From positions 879 to 64,878 of the forward strand of contig JAYPRP010000005.1 of NCBI GenBank assembly GCA_038132575.1: a stretch of 64,000 nucleotides of DNA, read 5' to 3'. The notes under the pieces are model-generated. The model was not told the DNA's origin, searched no databases, and saw nothing but the letters and a program-made list of their open reading frames with translations. Below are positions 32,305 through 42,216 of the stretch, in pieces (positions within the stretch are counted from its first letter, which is position 1; every line of letters begins with the position of its first letter). The DNA comes from Rhodospirillaceae bacterium. GTDB lineage: Bacteria; Pseudomonadota; Alphaproteobacteria; UBA6615. The translations under genes and the position numbers were made by a program.

Positions 32305-33426
32305 ATGAGTGAGGTCGCGCAGGATGATGAGGAGCCGGGCCGCCGGCCGCAGGGCGAATTGCGCCGCGGCTGGACGACGGGCGCCTGCGCCACGGCCGCG
32401 GCCAAGGCGGCCTACGAGGCGTTGCTCTCGGACCGTTTTCCCGATCCCGTCGCCATCCGCCTACCGCGCGGCCTGCGAGCGACCTTCGACCTGGCGGAGG
32501 CCCGGCATACCGACCGGGGTGCCTTCGCGGCGGTCACCAAGGACGCGGGCGACGACCCCGACGTGACCCACGGCGCGCGGGTCTGCTGCGAAGTATCCCC
32601 GGGCGCGCCCGGGGCGGGTATCCGGTTCGCGGCCGGGGAGGGCGTCGGCACCGTCACCCTGCCGGGATTGCCGGTTGCGCCGGGAGAGCCGGCGATCAAC
32701 CCGAAGCCGCGGGAGATGATCGCTGCGGCGCTGGAGGAGATCGCCGTCGAATATGGCGTGACACCGGACCTGCTGGTGACCGTATCGATTCCCGGCGGCG
32801 CAGCGCTTGCGGAACGGACGGCGAATCCGCGCCTGGGCATCGTCGGCGGATTGAGCGTGCTCGGCACGACCGGCGTCGTGATTCCCTATTCCTGCGCGTC
32901 CTGGATTCATTCCATCCACCGGGCGATCGACGTCGCGCGGGCGACCGGTGTCGAACATGTGGCGGGGGCGACGGGGCGGACATCGGAGGCCGCGGTCGCC
33001 GCGTATCACTATCTTCCGGAACGCGCGCTGATCGACATGGGCGACTTCGCCGGCGCGCTCCTCAAGTATGTCCGCGCCCATCCCGTCCCTCGCCTGACGA
33101 TCGCGGGCGGTTTCGGAAAGCTTTCGAAGCTGGCGGACGGTCACCTGGATCTGCATTCGAGCCGCTCGTCGGTCGATCTGGGAGGGCTGGCGAGCCGGCT
33201 CGAGTCTCTTGGCGCGCCGCGCGAAGTTCTCGCACGCGCAAAAGACGCCGCTTCCGCCGGCGGGGTCCTGGCGCAGGCGACAGAGATCGGCTTCGCGAAT
33301 GCGCTTGCGGAAGCGGTCGCGCGCGGTGCGCGCGAGACCTGCCGCGCCGCCCTCGCCGGAGCGGCTGACGTAGATGTGCTCGCGGTTGCACGCGACGGGC
33401 AGGTATTGGCCCATGTCGGCCCCTGA
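32305..33426 (+). CDS. cbiD: Cobalt-precorrin-5B C1-methyltransferase CbiD-type
   Basis: GWTTGACATAAAKAA N-terminal signature of CbiD; 374 aa; divergent from cobA. Confidence 0.85.
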   Translation: MSEVAQDDEEPGRRPQGELRRGWTTGACATAAAKAAYEALLSDRFPDPVAIRLPRGLRATFDLAEARHTDRGAFAAVTKDAGDDPDVTHGARVCCEVSPGAPGAGIRFAAGEGVGTVTLPGLPVAPGEPAINPKPREMIAAALEEIAVEYGVTPDLLVTVSIPGGAALAERTANPRLGIVGGLSVLGTTGVVIPYSCASWIHSIHRAIDVARATGVEHVAGATGRTSEAAVAAYHYLPERALIDMGDFAGALLKYVRAHPVPRLTIAGGFGKLSKLADGHLDLHSSRSSVDLGGLASRLESLGAPREVLARAKDAASAGGVLAQATEIGFANALAEAVARGARETCRAALAGAADVDVLAVARDGQVLAHVGP

Positions 33427-34177
33427 ACGGCCGGCCCTGTTGCTCCTGGGCGGCACCGCCGAAGCCGCGACGCTGGCGAGGCGGATGGTCGAGGCGTGGG
33501 GCGATCGCTTCGAGGTGGTCACGTCGCTTGCGGGCCGGACCCGCGCGCCTGCGCGTCCGGCGGGCCGGGTGCGCGTCGGCGGGTTCGGCGGCGCTGCGGC
33601 ACTGGCGGATTATCTGCGTGCCCATGATGTCCGGGCGGTTATCGATGCGACGCATCCCTTCGCGGCACGGATTTCCGCGAACGCGGCGAGCGCAGCCGCC
33701 CAGGCGCGCGTGCCCCGGCTGGTGCTAGTCAGGCCACCCTGGGAGCCCGCGCCGGGCGATGACTGGCGCGTGGTCTCCGACATCGATGCGGCCGCGGCGG
33801 CGGTGCCGGATATTGGGCATCGTGTGTTTCTGACGGTGGGCCGGACGGAGTTGGCGGCGTTTCGCGATTGCCGCGACACGTGGTTCCTGGTGCGGATGAT
33901 CGATCCGCCGGACGCACCCCTGCCGTTGCCGGATGCGACGGTCGTGACAGGGCGGGGGCCGTTCGATGTGAATGCCGAGCGCGATCTCCTGCACGACCAC
34001 AAAATCGACGCACTTGTGTGCAAGGCATCGGGAGGTATGGCGACGCGGGCGAAGCTCGATGCGGCGCGCGAGCTGGGCCTGCCGGTACTGATGGTCGCCC
34101 GCCCGGCGCCGCCGGACGGGCCGCGGGCCGAGGATGTCGACGCGGCGCTCGGCTGGTTGCGTGAACAGCTCACTTGA
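33413..34177 (+). CDS. cobK: Precorrin-6A / cobalt-precorrin-6A reductase
   Basis: ALLLLGGTAEA start and CobK/CbiJ fold; overlaps the cbiD end by 14 nt. Confidence 0.85.
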   Translation: MSAPERPALLLLGGTAEAATLARRMVEAWGDRFEVVTSLAGRTRAPARPAGRVRVGGFGGAAALADYLRAHDVRAVIDATHPFAARISANAASAAAQARVPRLVLVRPPWEPAPGDDWRVVSDIDAAAAAVPDIGHRVFLTVGRTELAAFRDCRDTWFLVRMIDPPDAPLPLPDATVVTGRGPFDVNAERDLLHDHKIDALVCKASGGMATRAKLDAARELGLPVLMVARPAPPDGPRAEDVDAALGWLREQLT

Positions 34178-34208
34178 CGTGTCCGGCTCGGGACGCGACA
34201 TAGGAAGG

Positions 34209-34799
34209 ATGCGTATGGTTGGAACGATTGGAATGCGGCTGCGCCGCCCGGCGCTTCTCGTGGCTTTCATGGCGGCGGCACTGATGCCGTCGGCGCCGGC
34301 GCTCGCCCAGACCAACATCCTCGCCGACGATCCGCTGATTGTCGCGGTCTACGAGAACCGCCCCGAGCGGGTGCGCGAGCTGCTCGTGCGCCAGCACCGG
34401 AAGTCCCGGGCCGATACGGACGGCCGTACGGCGCTCATCTGGGGTGCGATCCAGGGCAGTTACGATGCGATGGAACTGCTTCTCGAGGACAAGGTGCTCG
34501 TGAACCTGGCCGACAATGTGGGGAACGGCGCGCTCTATCACGCCGCGGAGAACGGGCACTCCGATGTCGTCGAGCTGCTGCTGTCATTCAACGCGTCGAT
34601 CGACCAGGAAAACCGCGACGGACGGACGCCGCTGATGGCGGCGGTGCGCGCCGGACATGCGCGGATCGTGCAAATCCTGATCGATGCCGGCGCTGACGTC
34701 ACGATCTCGGACTTCACCGGGCGGACGGCGTTCGATCTCGCCCGCGAGGGCCGCTCGCGGCAGGTGACATCCATTCTTCAGAAGGCGGGCGCCCGCTAG
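34209..34799 (+). CDS. Secreted ankyrin-repeat protein
   Basis: Signal peptide (RLRRPALLVAFMAAALMPSAPALAQ) followed by at least 4 ANK repeats (DGRTALIWGAIQGSYDAMELLL.., GNGALYHAAENGHSDVVELLL.., DGRTPLMAAVRAGHARIVQILI.., TGRTAFDLAR). Confidence 0.7.
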   Translation: MRMVGTIGMRLRRPALLVAFMAAALMPSAPALAQTNILADDPLIVAVYENRPERVRELLVRQHRKSRADTDGRTALIWGAIQGSYDAMELLLEDKVLVNLADNVGNGALYHAAENGHSDVVELLLSFNASIDQENRDGRTPLMAAVRAGHARIVQILIDAGADVTISDFTGRTAFDLAREGRSRQVTSILQKAGAR

Positions 34800-34804
34800 G
34801 CGGG

Positions 34805-35590
34805 TCAGTCGGCGTCGGCCGTTTTCCGCGCCGGCCGCAGCACGTGGTGATGGCTCGCGGCGTAGAGCCGGCTGTCGTCGAACCCGGTACCCAGATCTTC
34901 CGCCAGGACGGGGCCCACGAGGATCAGCGCGGTCCGGGTGATGCCCGATCCCTTTACCGCATCGCGAATGGTTCCGAGGGTTCCGCGGATGAAGCGTTCG
35001 TCCGGCCAGCTGACCCGATAGCCCACGACCACCGGGCAATCCGTGCCGTAGTGGGGCGTGATATCGCGTACCACGCGGGCGAGATTGTTGATCGAGAGAT
35101 GTACGGCCAGGGTCGCGCCGGTCTCCGCCAGCCGCGCGAGCTCCTCGCCCTCCGGCATGTCGCTGGCCCTTACCGCCGTCCGGGTCAGGATGACCGTCTG
35201 GTTGACGCCGGGCAGCGTGAGTTCGCGGCCGAGCCCGGCGGCCGCGGCGGCGAAGGCCGGGACGCCGGGAACAATCTCGTGGGGAATGCCGAGCGCATCC
35301 AGCCGCCGCATCTGTTCCCCGATCGCGCCATAGAGCGAGGGGTCGCCGGAATGTACCCGCGCGATATCTTTCCCACCTTCGTGCGCCGCTGCGATCCGGT
35401 CAATGATTTCGTCGAGGTTCAGTGGTGCGGTGTCGGTGATCTCGGCTCCGTCGGGGGCGTGGTCGAGGACCTCGCGAGGTACGAGGGATCCGGCATACAG
35501 GCAGACGGGGCAGCGCGCGATCAGGTCGCGGCCGCGCAATGTGATGAGATCGGGCGCGCCGGGGCCGGCGCCGATGAAGTAAACGGTCAT
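34805..35590 (-). CDS. cobM: Precorrin-4 C11-methyltransferase
   Basis: [17 protein letters not shown] and tetrapyrrole methylase motifs; 261 aa. Confidence 0.9.
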   Translation of the reverse strand: MTVYFIGAGPGAPDLITLRGRDLIARCPVCLYAGSLVPREVLDHAPDGAEITDTAPLNLDEIIDRIAAAHEGGKDIARVHSGDPSLYGAIGEQMRRLDALGIPHEIVPGVPAFAAAAAGLGRELTLPGVNQTVILTRTAVRASDMPEGEELARLAETGATLAVHLSINNLARVVRDITPHYGTDCPVVVGYRVSWPDERFIRGTLGTIRDAVKGSGITRTALILVGPVLAEDLGTGFDDSRLYAASHHHVLRPARKTADAD

Positions 35591-35652
35591 GGAAGTGTCT
35601 TACCCTCGCACCCCCGCGAAGTGTACCGGCAAATCCTGTGGCCGGCCGGTGC

Positions 35653-37473
35653 CTATGCGGGACGCTTTCCCGTTTTGCGGTCCTTCGCGGCATAGCCGCG
35701 CGGTGTATAGGCGCGCGTCCGTTCCGACAGTTCGAGTGTGCGTGACTGGCTGTTACCGACGATCACGACCGTCAGCATGTCGATCGAATCGAGCTTCAGC
35801 TCGGTGAGGGACACGACGTCCAACTGTTCGCCGTCGCGCGCTAGGTTGCGGGCGACCACGACCGGCGTGTCGCCGGGGCGCTCGGCGAGTAGGATGTCGC
35901 GCGCGATCTCGAGCTGATGACGCCGCCGACGGCTCGCCGGGTTGTAGAGCGCGACGACGAAGTCGGCCGCGGCCGCGGCACGGAGCCGGGCCTCGATTGC
36001 AGGCCATGGCGTGAGCAGGTCGGACAGGGAGATCGTGCAGAAATCATGGCCCAGAGGGGCGCCGGCCCGGGCGGCGGCGAGCTGCATGGCTGACACGCCA
36101 GGATGGACGTCGATCGCAATCCGCCGCCATGCTGGGTCCTCGTTCCGGTCAAGAAGTTCGAACACCAGGCTCGCCATGGCGAAGATTCCCGGGTCGCCGC
36201 TGGAGGCAAGCGCAACGTTCCGGCCCTCGGCGGCCAGCGCGAGGGCGTGGCGGCAGCGGTCTTCCTCGGCACCGAGATCGAAGTCGTACCGCCTCTTGCC
36301 GGCCACGGCGTCGCCAAGCAGGTCCAGGTACGGCCCGTAACCCACCAGGTCGGTCGCCGCCGCGACGGCCCGGTCGGTCGCCGAGATCCGGTACGCGGAG
36401 TCGCCCGGTCCCGTGCCCACGATCGCGAGGGTGCCGCGCGCGCGGCCGATCTCCGACGCGACGAGGCTTGTCCCGCGTGCGATTGCGCAGGTCGCGTGCT
36501 CGGACTTTTGCTTGGCGACGACCAGCGCGCCCTCCTGGCCGACCGCCGCGAGCGCCGCCGCCTCGGCGACTCCGTGTGCGCCGACCTCGCGGAAGACGAC
36601 GTCCGAAGGGTTGGCGAGCCGCGGAGTTTCGGCTTCCAGGCGCGGGGCATCGAAGAAGCGAGCCGGCGCATCCAGGTGCGTCGCAATGGCGTGGACCGCA
36701 GCCTCGTCCATCTTCACGTCGATGCTGGCAACAAGCGCGACGGATGCGGGTGACAGGCCGCCGGCCTTGAGGGCGTCATCGACCAGCGCGGTGAGCTCGT
36801 CCGGCGCGCAGTCGCGCGCGCACCCGACGCCGACCGCGAGGGTGGGTGGGTGCAACAAAAGTTCGTCGTCCGACGGTGCGATGTTCCGGTCGCTGATTCG
36901 AATCATCCATGTGCCGTCGCGCCCGATCGGCAGGCGCGCGAGCCAGGCCGGATCGCCGGCCTCGATCACAAGGTTGGGGGGATCGTCCGTCAACGCCGCC
37001 GCCATGACGGGCTTGGCGGCCTCGGGGTTCGCCAGGTGCCAGCCCGGCGGCGGATCGTCGAGTGCGACGCCGAGCACGGAATCGCCCGCGGTGGTGATCG
37101 CCGCCGTCCCGCCGGTTAGCGCGGCGATGCGGGCCGCGAGGGCGTTGCCGCCGTGATGCCCGCCCAGGACCGGCACGACGTGCAGGCCGTCGGGCGAGAC
37201 GGCGAGGACAGGGGGTTCGGTGCGCTTGTTCGCGAGCCGTGCCGCCAGCGCGCGCACCAGGATCCCGGCCGCGCAGATGCCGACGATGGCCCGGCCATTC
37301 GCGAACAGGTCCGCGAGATATGTTGCCGTGTCATCGAATGCGATGTCGCAGTCGTCGACCCGCGCGGCAAGGCCGTGCACCCGACTGCCGGGAAGGTCCG
37401 CCTGCAGTCTCCGTGCGAGCGCGGCCCCGGCTGGGTTGAGGGCCACAAGCGCGATGTCCTGTCCGGTGCTCAT
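35653..37473 (-). CDS. cobJ: Fusion protein: CbiG-like cobalt-precorrin-5A hydrolase (N-terminal) plus precorrin-3B C17-methyltransferase CobJ/CbiH (C-terminal)
   Basis: The N-terminal about 330 aa resemble CbiG; the C-terminal about 250 aa carry methylase motifs (LAIVGTGPGD, SSGDPGIF). Confidence 0.8.
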   Translation of the reverse strand: MSTGQDIALVALNPAGAALARRLQADLPGSRVHGLAARVDDCDIAFDDTATYLADLFANGRAIVGICAAGILVRALAARLANKRTEPPVLAVSPDGLHVVPVLGGHHGGNALAARIAALTGGTAAITTAGDSVLGVALDDPPPGWHLANPEAAKPVMAAALTDDPPNLVIEAGDPAWLARLPIGRDGTWMIRISDRNIAPSDDELLLHPPTLAVGVGCARDCAPDELTALVDDALKAGGLSPASVALVASIDVKMDEAAVHAIATHLDAPARFFDAPRLEAETPRLANPSDVVFREVGAHGVAEAAALAAVGQEGALVVAKQKSEHATCAIARGTSLVASEIGRARGTLAIVGTGPGDSAYRISATDRAVAAATDLVGYGPYLDLLGDAVAGKRRYDFDLGAEEDRCRHALALAAEGRNVALASSGDPGIFAMASLVFELLDRNEDPAWRRIAIDVHPGVSAMQLAAARAGAPLGHDFCTISLSDLLTPWPAIEARLRAAAAADFVVALYNPASRRRRHQLEIARDILLAERPGDTPVVVARNLARDGEQLDVVSLTELKLDSIDMLTVVIVGNSQSRTLELSERTRAYTPRGYAAKDRKTGKRPA

Positions 37474-38189
37474 GCCCAGGCCGTCCCGCGCTTGTGGACG
37501 AGAATCATCGAGAAGTAGGGGGCGTTCGCGTCGTCGCCGACGTCATCGAGTGGGCTGACCCGCTCGTGATCCATCGTCGCGCGTTCGACATACCGCGCGT
37601 TCTGCGCCAGGCCCATCTCGGCCAACAGCGCGCGAATTCGCGGCAAGTGCCGGCCGACCTTGATGATCGCGGCGGCGTCGGTTTCCGCCAGGCGCGCACG
37701 TAGCACCGTGTCGGGCAGCGGCCCGGGCAGGACTGTCAGCACATCGGTCAACGCCGCGAGCGCCGTGTCGGTGGCCGCGGCGCAGGCGGTGAGAGACGAG
37801 ACGCCCGGTATCACCTCGACCGGCCACCGGTCGGCCAGCCGTGCGAACAGGTACATGAAGGAGCCGTAGAAGAACGGGTCGCCCTCGCACAGGATTGCGA
37901 CGTCCCGGCCCTCGGAGAGGTGTTCACCAATTTCCGCCGCCGCTCGGTCGTACACGGCCTCGATGGGGAACCGGTCGCCCGACATGGGGATTCGGATCGT
38001 GATCTCCATCGCCTCGGCGCGCAGGTGCGGGGCAGCGATGGCGCGCGCGAGACTGTCGCCGTTGTCGGGTGCGGGATAGGCGACGACGGCTGTTTCGGAC
38101 AGGATCCGTGCGCCCTTCAGCGTCATCAGTTCCGGGTCGCCGGGTCCGACTCCGATCCCGAACGCGGTGCCGCGCGCGGGGCCGCTCAT
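37470..38189 (-). CDS. cobI: Precorrin-2 C20-methyltransferase
   Basis: FGIGVGPGDPELMTL, CEGDPFFYGS; the stop overlaps the cbiG-cobJ start. Confidence 0.85.
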   Translation of the reverse strand: MSGPARGTAFGIGVGPGDPELMTLKGARILSETAVVAYPAPDNGDSLARAIAAPHLRAEAMEITIRIPMSGDRFPIEAVYDRAAAEIGEHLSEGRDVAILCEGDPFFYGSFMYLFARLADRWPVEVIPGVSSLTACAAATDTALAALTDVLTVLPGPLPDTVLRARLAETDAAAIIKVGRHLPRIRALLAEMGLAQNARYVERATMDHERVSPLDDVGDDANAPYFSMILVHKRGTAWA

Positions 38190-39412
38190 GATTTCACGAC
38201 GCTCCACTGGGTCACCGGCATGGCCGGGCGCCACCCGGTCAGCCCGCCGACCGGATCGGCGTGGCTGACGGCGATCCGGGTGAGCGTGCCGCCGTATCGC
38301 GCATGGGCGTCCAGAAGGCTGCGCTCGCCCTCGAGCGTGACCACGTTCGCGGCCAGGCGGCCGCCGGGGGCCAGGCGTGCCCAGGCGGCTTCGATCAGGG
38401 CCGTGCCCCCCGACGACAGCCCGCCGCCGATGAACACCGCGTCCGGCGCGGACAGGTCGTCGATGGTGGCGATGATCTCGGCCTCGCGGATATCCAGGAA
38501 GGGTGTCCCGAGGCGGGCCGCATTCCGCGCGGCCATGGCGCATCGTCCTGCGTCGCGCTCGACCGCGATGGCGGTCGCGCCCTGGCCCTGCACGTCCTGG
38601 GCCGCGCGCAGCCATTCGATCGCGACCGAGCCGCAGCCCGCGCCGAGGTCCCAGAGCGTGTGGCCGGGCAGGGGCGCAAGGGCGGCGACCGTGGCAGCGC
38701 GCACCACCTGCTTGGTCATCTGGCCGTCATGATCGAAGACGTCATCGGGGAGACCGGCGACCGGCGGCAGGATGCGTGCGTCGGGCCCCGCGATGCAATC
38801 GAGGGCGACGGTGTTCAGATCCGCGGTGCGGGGTACATCCCAGTTTGCCGCCGTCGCCGCGATCCGGTTCTCGGCCTCCGCGCCCATGTTCTCCAGCACG
38901 GTGATCCGGCTGTCGGCGAACCCGTTTGCGCGAAGCAGTGCCGCGATTCTTGCCGGGGTCTCGCCGTCGTGGCTAAGGATCAGGAGTCGCCGGCCCGGTT
39001 GCAGGTGATGGTTCAGGAGGTCGAGCGGTCGTCCGTGCAGGGTGAGGCAGGTGCAACCGTGCAGTGGCCAGGCGAGGCGCGCGGCGGCGAGGCTGAACGC
39101 GCCCGGCGCGGGCAGAATCGTCATATCCGAGATATCGAAATGCCGGGCGAGCGTGGAGCCGATGCCGAAGGCCATCGGGTCCCCCGTCGCCAGGACAACG
39201 ACCCGGCTTTCGCGCGCCGCCCTGATCTCCGCGATCAGCCCGTCCAGGGGAAATTCCCAGGCGAGCTTCCGGGCCGCGTTGTTATCGACCATGTCGAGAT
39301 GGCGAGCGCCGCCAACGATCAGGTCCGCGGTCTGGACCAGCGTGCGGGACGTCGGCGGCAGGCCCGACAGGCCGTCCGCCCCAACGCCGACGATGTTGAG
39401 CCAGGCATTCAC
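38186..39412 (-). CDS. cobL: Precorrin-6Y C5,15-methyltransferase (decarboxylating)
   Basis: N-terminal CbiE-like and C-terminal CbiT-like (DLGAGCGSVAIE) domains. The GTG start overlaps the cobH stop by 1 nt. Confidence 0.85.
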   Translation of the reverse strand: MNAWLNIVGVGADGLSGLPPTSRTLVQTADLIVGGARHLDMVDNNAARKLAWEFPLDGLIAEIRAARESRVVVLATGDPMAFGIGSTLARHFDISDMTILPAPGAFSLAAARLAWPLHGCTCLTLHGRPLDLLNHHLQPGRRLLILSHDGETPARIAALLRANGFADSRITVLENMGAEAENRIAATAANWDVPRTADLNTVALDCIAGPDARILPPVAGLPDDVFDHDGQMTKQVVRAATVAALAPLPGHTLWDLGAGCGSVAIEWLRAAQDVQGQGATAIAVERDAGRCAMAARNAARLGTPFLDIREAEIIATIDDLSAPDAVFIGGGLSSGGTALIEAAWARLAPGGRLAANVVTLEGERSLLDAHARYGGTLTRIAVSHADPVGGLTGWRPAMPVTQWSVVKS

Positions 39413-40041
39413 TACTGATCTCGTTGGGCCAGCGCGTTGACGGCGGCGGCCGCGAGGGCGCTCCCGCCGCGCCGGCCGCGCAGCGTGAGGAACGGCGCGG
39501 GTGCTGCGGCGATCAGGGCTTCCTTGGATTCGGCGGCGCCGACGTAACCGACCGGCAGCCCGACGATCAGCGCGGGCCGGGGCCAGCCCGCGGCGATCCC
39601 TTCCAGCAATCGGAACAGGGCGGTCGGCGCGTTGCCGATGGCGATAACCGCGTCGCCGAGGAACGGCGCCCACAGCTCGACGGCCGCCGCGGAGCGTGTC
39701 GTTGCCGCACGCGTGGCGTTGCCCGCGACGCTGCCCAGGCCCAGGGTGCAGATCACCCGATTGCCGGCGGGCAGGCGGGACCGGATGATGCCGTCGGCCA
39801 GCATCCGCGAATCCGTCAGGATCGGCGCGCCTGTCGTCAGCGCTGCCCGGCCGGCTTGGCCGGCCTCGGCGCTTGCAACGAAATCCGCGACCAGGTCCGG
39901 GTCGCCGACCGCGTGGACGAGGCGTCGCGCGATATCTTGGAGATCGGCGGGAATCGCGGACAGGTCGGCGTCGTCGTCGATGGCCGCGAACGACGCGGCG
40001 TAGATCGCATCGGGGTCGCGCAGATAGTCGGGGCTGTTCAT
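39412..40041 (-). CDS. cobH: Precorrin-8X methylmutase
   Basis: CobH/CbiC family; 209 aa. Confidence 0.9.
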   Translation of the reverse strand: MNSPDYLRDPDAIYAASFAAIDDDADLSAIPADLQDIARRLVHAVGDPDLVADFVASAEAGQAGRAALTTGAPILTDSRMLADGIIRSRLPAGNRVICTLGLGSVAGNATRAATTRSAAAVELWAPFLGDAVIAIGNAPTALFRLLEGIAAGWPRPALIVGLPVGYVGAAESKEALIAAAPAPFLTLRGRRGGSALAAAAVNALAQRDQ

Positions 40042-40055
40042 CGGCTCGTGGCGCG

Positions 40056-41087
40056 TCAGTCGCCTTCCGCGGGGAGCGTGCGCGGACCGTGCGGATGATT
40101 GGCATGGGGGTAGGGGTGGTGATGCCCGTGATCGTGGTCATGATTATGATGATCGTGGGCGTGGCCGTGGGAATGCCCATGGGAGTGACCGTGCGCCTCG
40201 CCCGTGCCAATGCCCTCGACATGATGGTGATGACTTTCCTGAGGCAACCCCACCTCCGTCTCGAAGCCGAGCACCTGTTCACGGTACTTGCACATCTGGC
40301 AGTTCATCAGGTTCGTGCCGTTCAGGATCTCGTCGACCCGATCCGCGAAGGTCTCCAGGACCTGCGGGTGATCGTTCATGTAGGGCGCTTTCACGAACTG
40401 GACGTCCGGGTGGTTCGCCGCGACCATGTCGGTGTGGTCGTAGATCCGGTTCACAAGGACGCCGGTGAACAGGAAGTAGGGGAAAACGATGATCCGCCGG
40501 TAGCCCAGCTTCACGGCGTGCTCGAGCCCGGGTTGCACGAGCGGGAAGGTAACCCCGGAATAGGCGGTTTCGCCCCAGCCAAAGCCGAGGCCTTCCCAGA
40601 GCATCCGCGACACCTTCGCCACGTTGGAGTTCGCATCGGGATCGGACGCGCCGCGGCCCACCGTGAGCAGCATCGTCTCGTGCATCGGGATCTCGCCCAG
40701 GGTCGCGTTGGCTTCCGCGACCGCCTCCTGCACCCGGTCCCCGGCGGCACGGATCATCTTCAGATCGATGCCCAGCTCGCGGCCGTAGATGATCTCGACA
40801 CCCGGATTCTGGGCGGCATAGGTGTTCAGCACGGACGGGATATCGTTCTTCGCATGCCCCGCGGCGAACAGCATGCCCGGCAGGGCAAAGATGCGTGTGA
40901 CGCCGCGCGCGACCAGCTTGTCGAGGCCGTCGCGGATGATCGGCGTCGCGAATTCGAGAAACCCGTGCTCGACCTCGCGGTCGGAGAACCGCGCGCGCAG
41001 CGCCTCCGCGACCACCGCGAACTCGCGCACCGCGCCCTCGTCGCGGCTCCCGTGGCCGCACACCATGATGCCAAACTCTTCGGACAT
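40056..41087 (-). CDS. cbiX: Sirohydrochlorin cobaltochelatase CbiX, long form with His-rich C-terminal tail
   Basis: Two CbiX repeats (MVCGHGSRD..; LLTVGRGASDPDAN) and a His-rich C-terminal tail (ESHHHHVEGIGTGEAHGHSHGHSHGHAHDHHNHDHDHGHHH..). SD GAGGAG precedes the ATG at 41087. Confidence 0.85.
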   Translation of the reverse strand: MSEEFGIMVCGHGSRDEGAVREFAVVAEALRARFSDREVEHGFLEFATPIIRDGLDKLVARGVTRIFALPGMLFAAGHAKNDIPSVLNTYAAQNPGVEIIYGRELGIDLKMIRAAGDRVQEAVAEANATLGEIPMHETMLLTVGRGASDPDANSNVAKVSRMLWEGLGFGWGETAYSGVTFPLVQPGLEHAVKLGYRRIIVFPYFLFTGVLVNRIYDHTDMVAANHPDVQFVKAPYMNDHPQVLETFADRVDEILNGTNLMNCQMCKYREQVLGFETEVGLPQESHHHHVEGIGTGEAHGHSHGHSHGHAHDHHNHDHDHGHHHPYPHANHPHGPRTLPAEGD

Positions 41088-41216
41088 GACCTGCTCCTCG
41101 CCGTCCAATAGACCATGCCGGACCCGCCCGGCCAAGGGGCGAGACACGGCCGAACGGCCGCGTTGCGATGCCTGCGCGAATTGACCCGGCGCGGCCGGCG
41201 CTCGCAGGATGCCGCG

Positions 41217-42212
41217 ATGCTTCTGGACCCTGAAATCGCGGGCCTTTCGATCGCCGCGATCCTGTTTGCGGCGCTGGCGATCGACGCCGTTTTCGGCGAG
41301 TTCGGGCCGCTTTTCAGAATCGTTCCGCATCCGGTCGCGCTCGTCGGTGGGCTCGTCGGCTGGTTCGACCGCAGGCTCAACCGCGAACGGCGGAGCGATG
41401 CGACACGGCGCAGGCGGGGTGCGCTGGTGGTTCTTTTGATGGTCGCGCTCGCGGGCGCGGTCGGATGGGGTCTCGGCGAGCTCGCCCGCGCCTATCCCTA
41501 TGGCTGGGCGGTCGAGTTGCTCGCCGCTACGTTTCTGGTGGCCCAGCGCAGCCTGTTCGACCATGTCCGCGATGTCGCCCGGGCACTCGATGGGGAGGGA
41601 CTGGACGGCGCGCGCGGGGCGGTCGCGCGTATCGTCGGCCGCGATCCGAAACAGCTCGACAGCCATGGCGTGGCACGGGCCGCGATCGAGAGCCTGGCGG
41701 AGAATTTCGCGGACGGTGTGGTCGCCCCCGTCTTCTGGTACCTGCTGTTCGGGCTGCCCGGCCTGCTTGTTTACAAGACGATCAACACGATGGATTCGAT
41801 GATCGGCTACCGGACCTCGCGCCACGCGGCCTTCGGCATGGTCGCCGCAAGGCTGGACGATGTCGCCAACTACCTGCCGGCGCGGATCGCCGCGATCCTG
41901 ATCGTGATGGCGAGTGCCTTCGTGCCGCGCGGGCGGCCCTTGTCGGCCATGCGGGTGCTCTCCCGCGACGGGGGCAAGCACCGCTCGCCCAACGCCGGCT
42001 GGCCGGAGGCGGCGATGGCCGGTGGGATCGGGGTCGCGCTGGCGGGGCCGCGCAGCTATGACGGCCGGACGGAGAACGAGCCCTGGGTCGGCGGAGAGTT
42101 CAGCGCCCAGTCGGGAAGCGCCGAGGTGCGGCGCGCGCTCTACCTGTTCGTCGTGGCGTGCCTGTTCGAGGCGGTCATCGTCGCCCTGCTTGCCACGATC
42201 GCGCTGCGTTAG
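41217..42212 (+). CDS. cobD: Adenosylcobinamide-phosphate synthase
   Basis: CobD/CbiB membrane protein motifs (NTMDSMIGYR, HRSPNAGWPEAAMAG). Confidence 0.85.
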   Translation: MLLDPEIAGLSIAAILFAALAIDAVFGEFGPLFRIVPHPVALVGGLVGWFDRRLNRERRSDATRRRRGALVVLLMVALAGAVGWGLGELARAYPYGWAVELLAATFLVAQRSLFDHVRDVARALDGEGLDGARGAVARIVGRDPKQLDSHGVARAAIESLAENFADGVVAPVFWYLLFGLPGLLVYKTINTMDSMIGYRTSRHAAFGMVAARLDDVANYLPARIAAILIVMASAFVPRGRPLSAMRVLSRDGGKHRSPNAGWPEAAMAGGIGVALAGPRSYDGRTENEPWVGGEFSAQSGSAEVRRALYLFVVACLFEAVIVALLATIALR

Positions 42213-42216
42213 GCAC

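Noticed and set aside
41088-41216. Second cobalamin riboswitch in the cbiX-cobD divergent spacer
   Set aside because: A 129-bp spacer is too short, and no B12-box (GCCACTG), GGGAA or CCCGCAACTGTAA elements are present on either strand.
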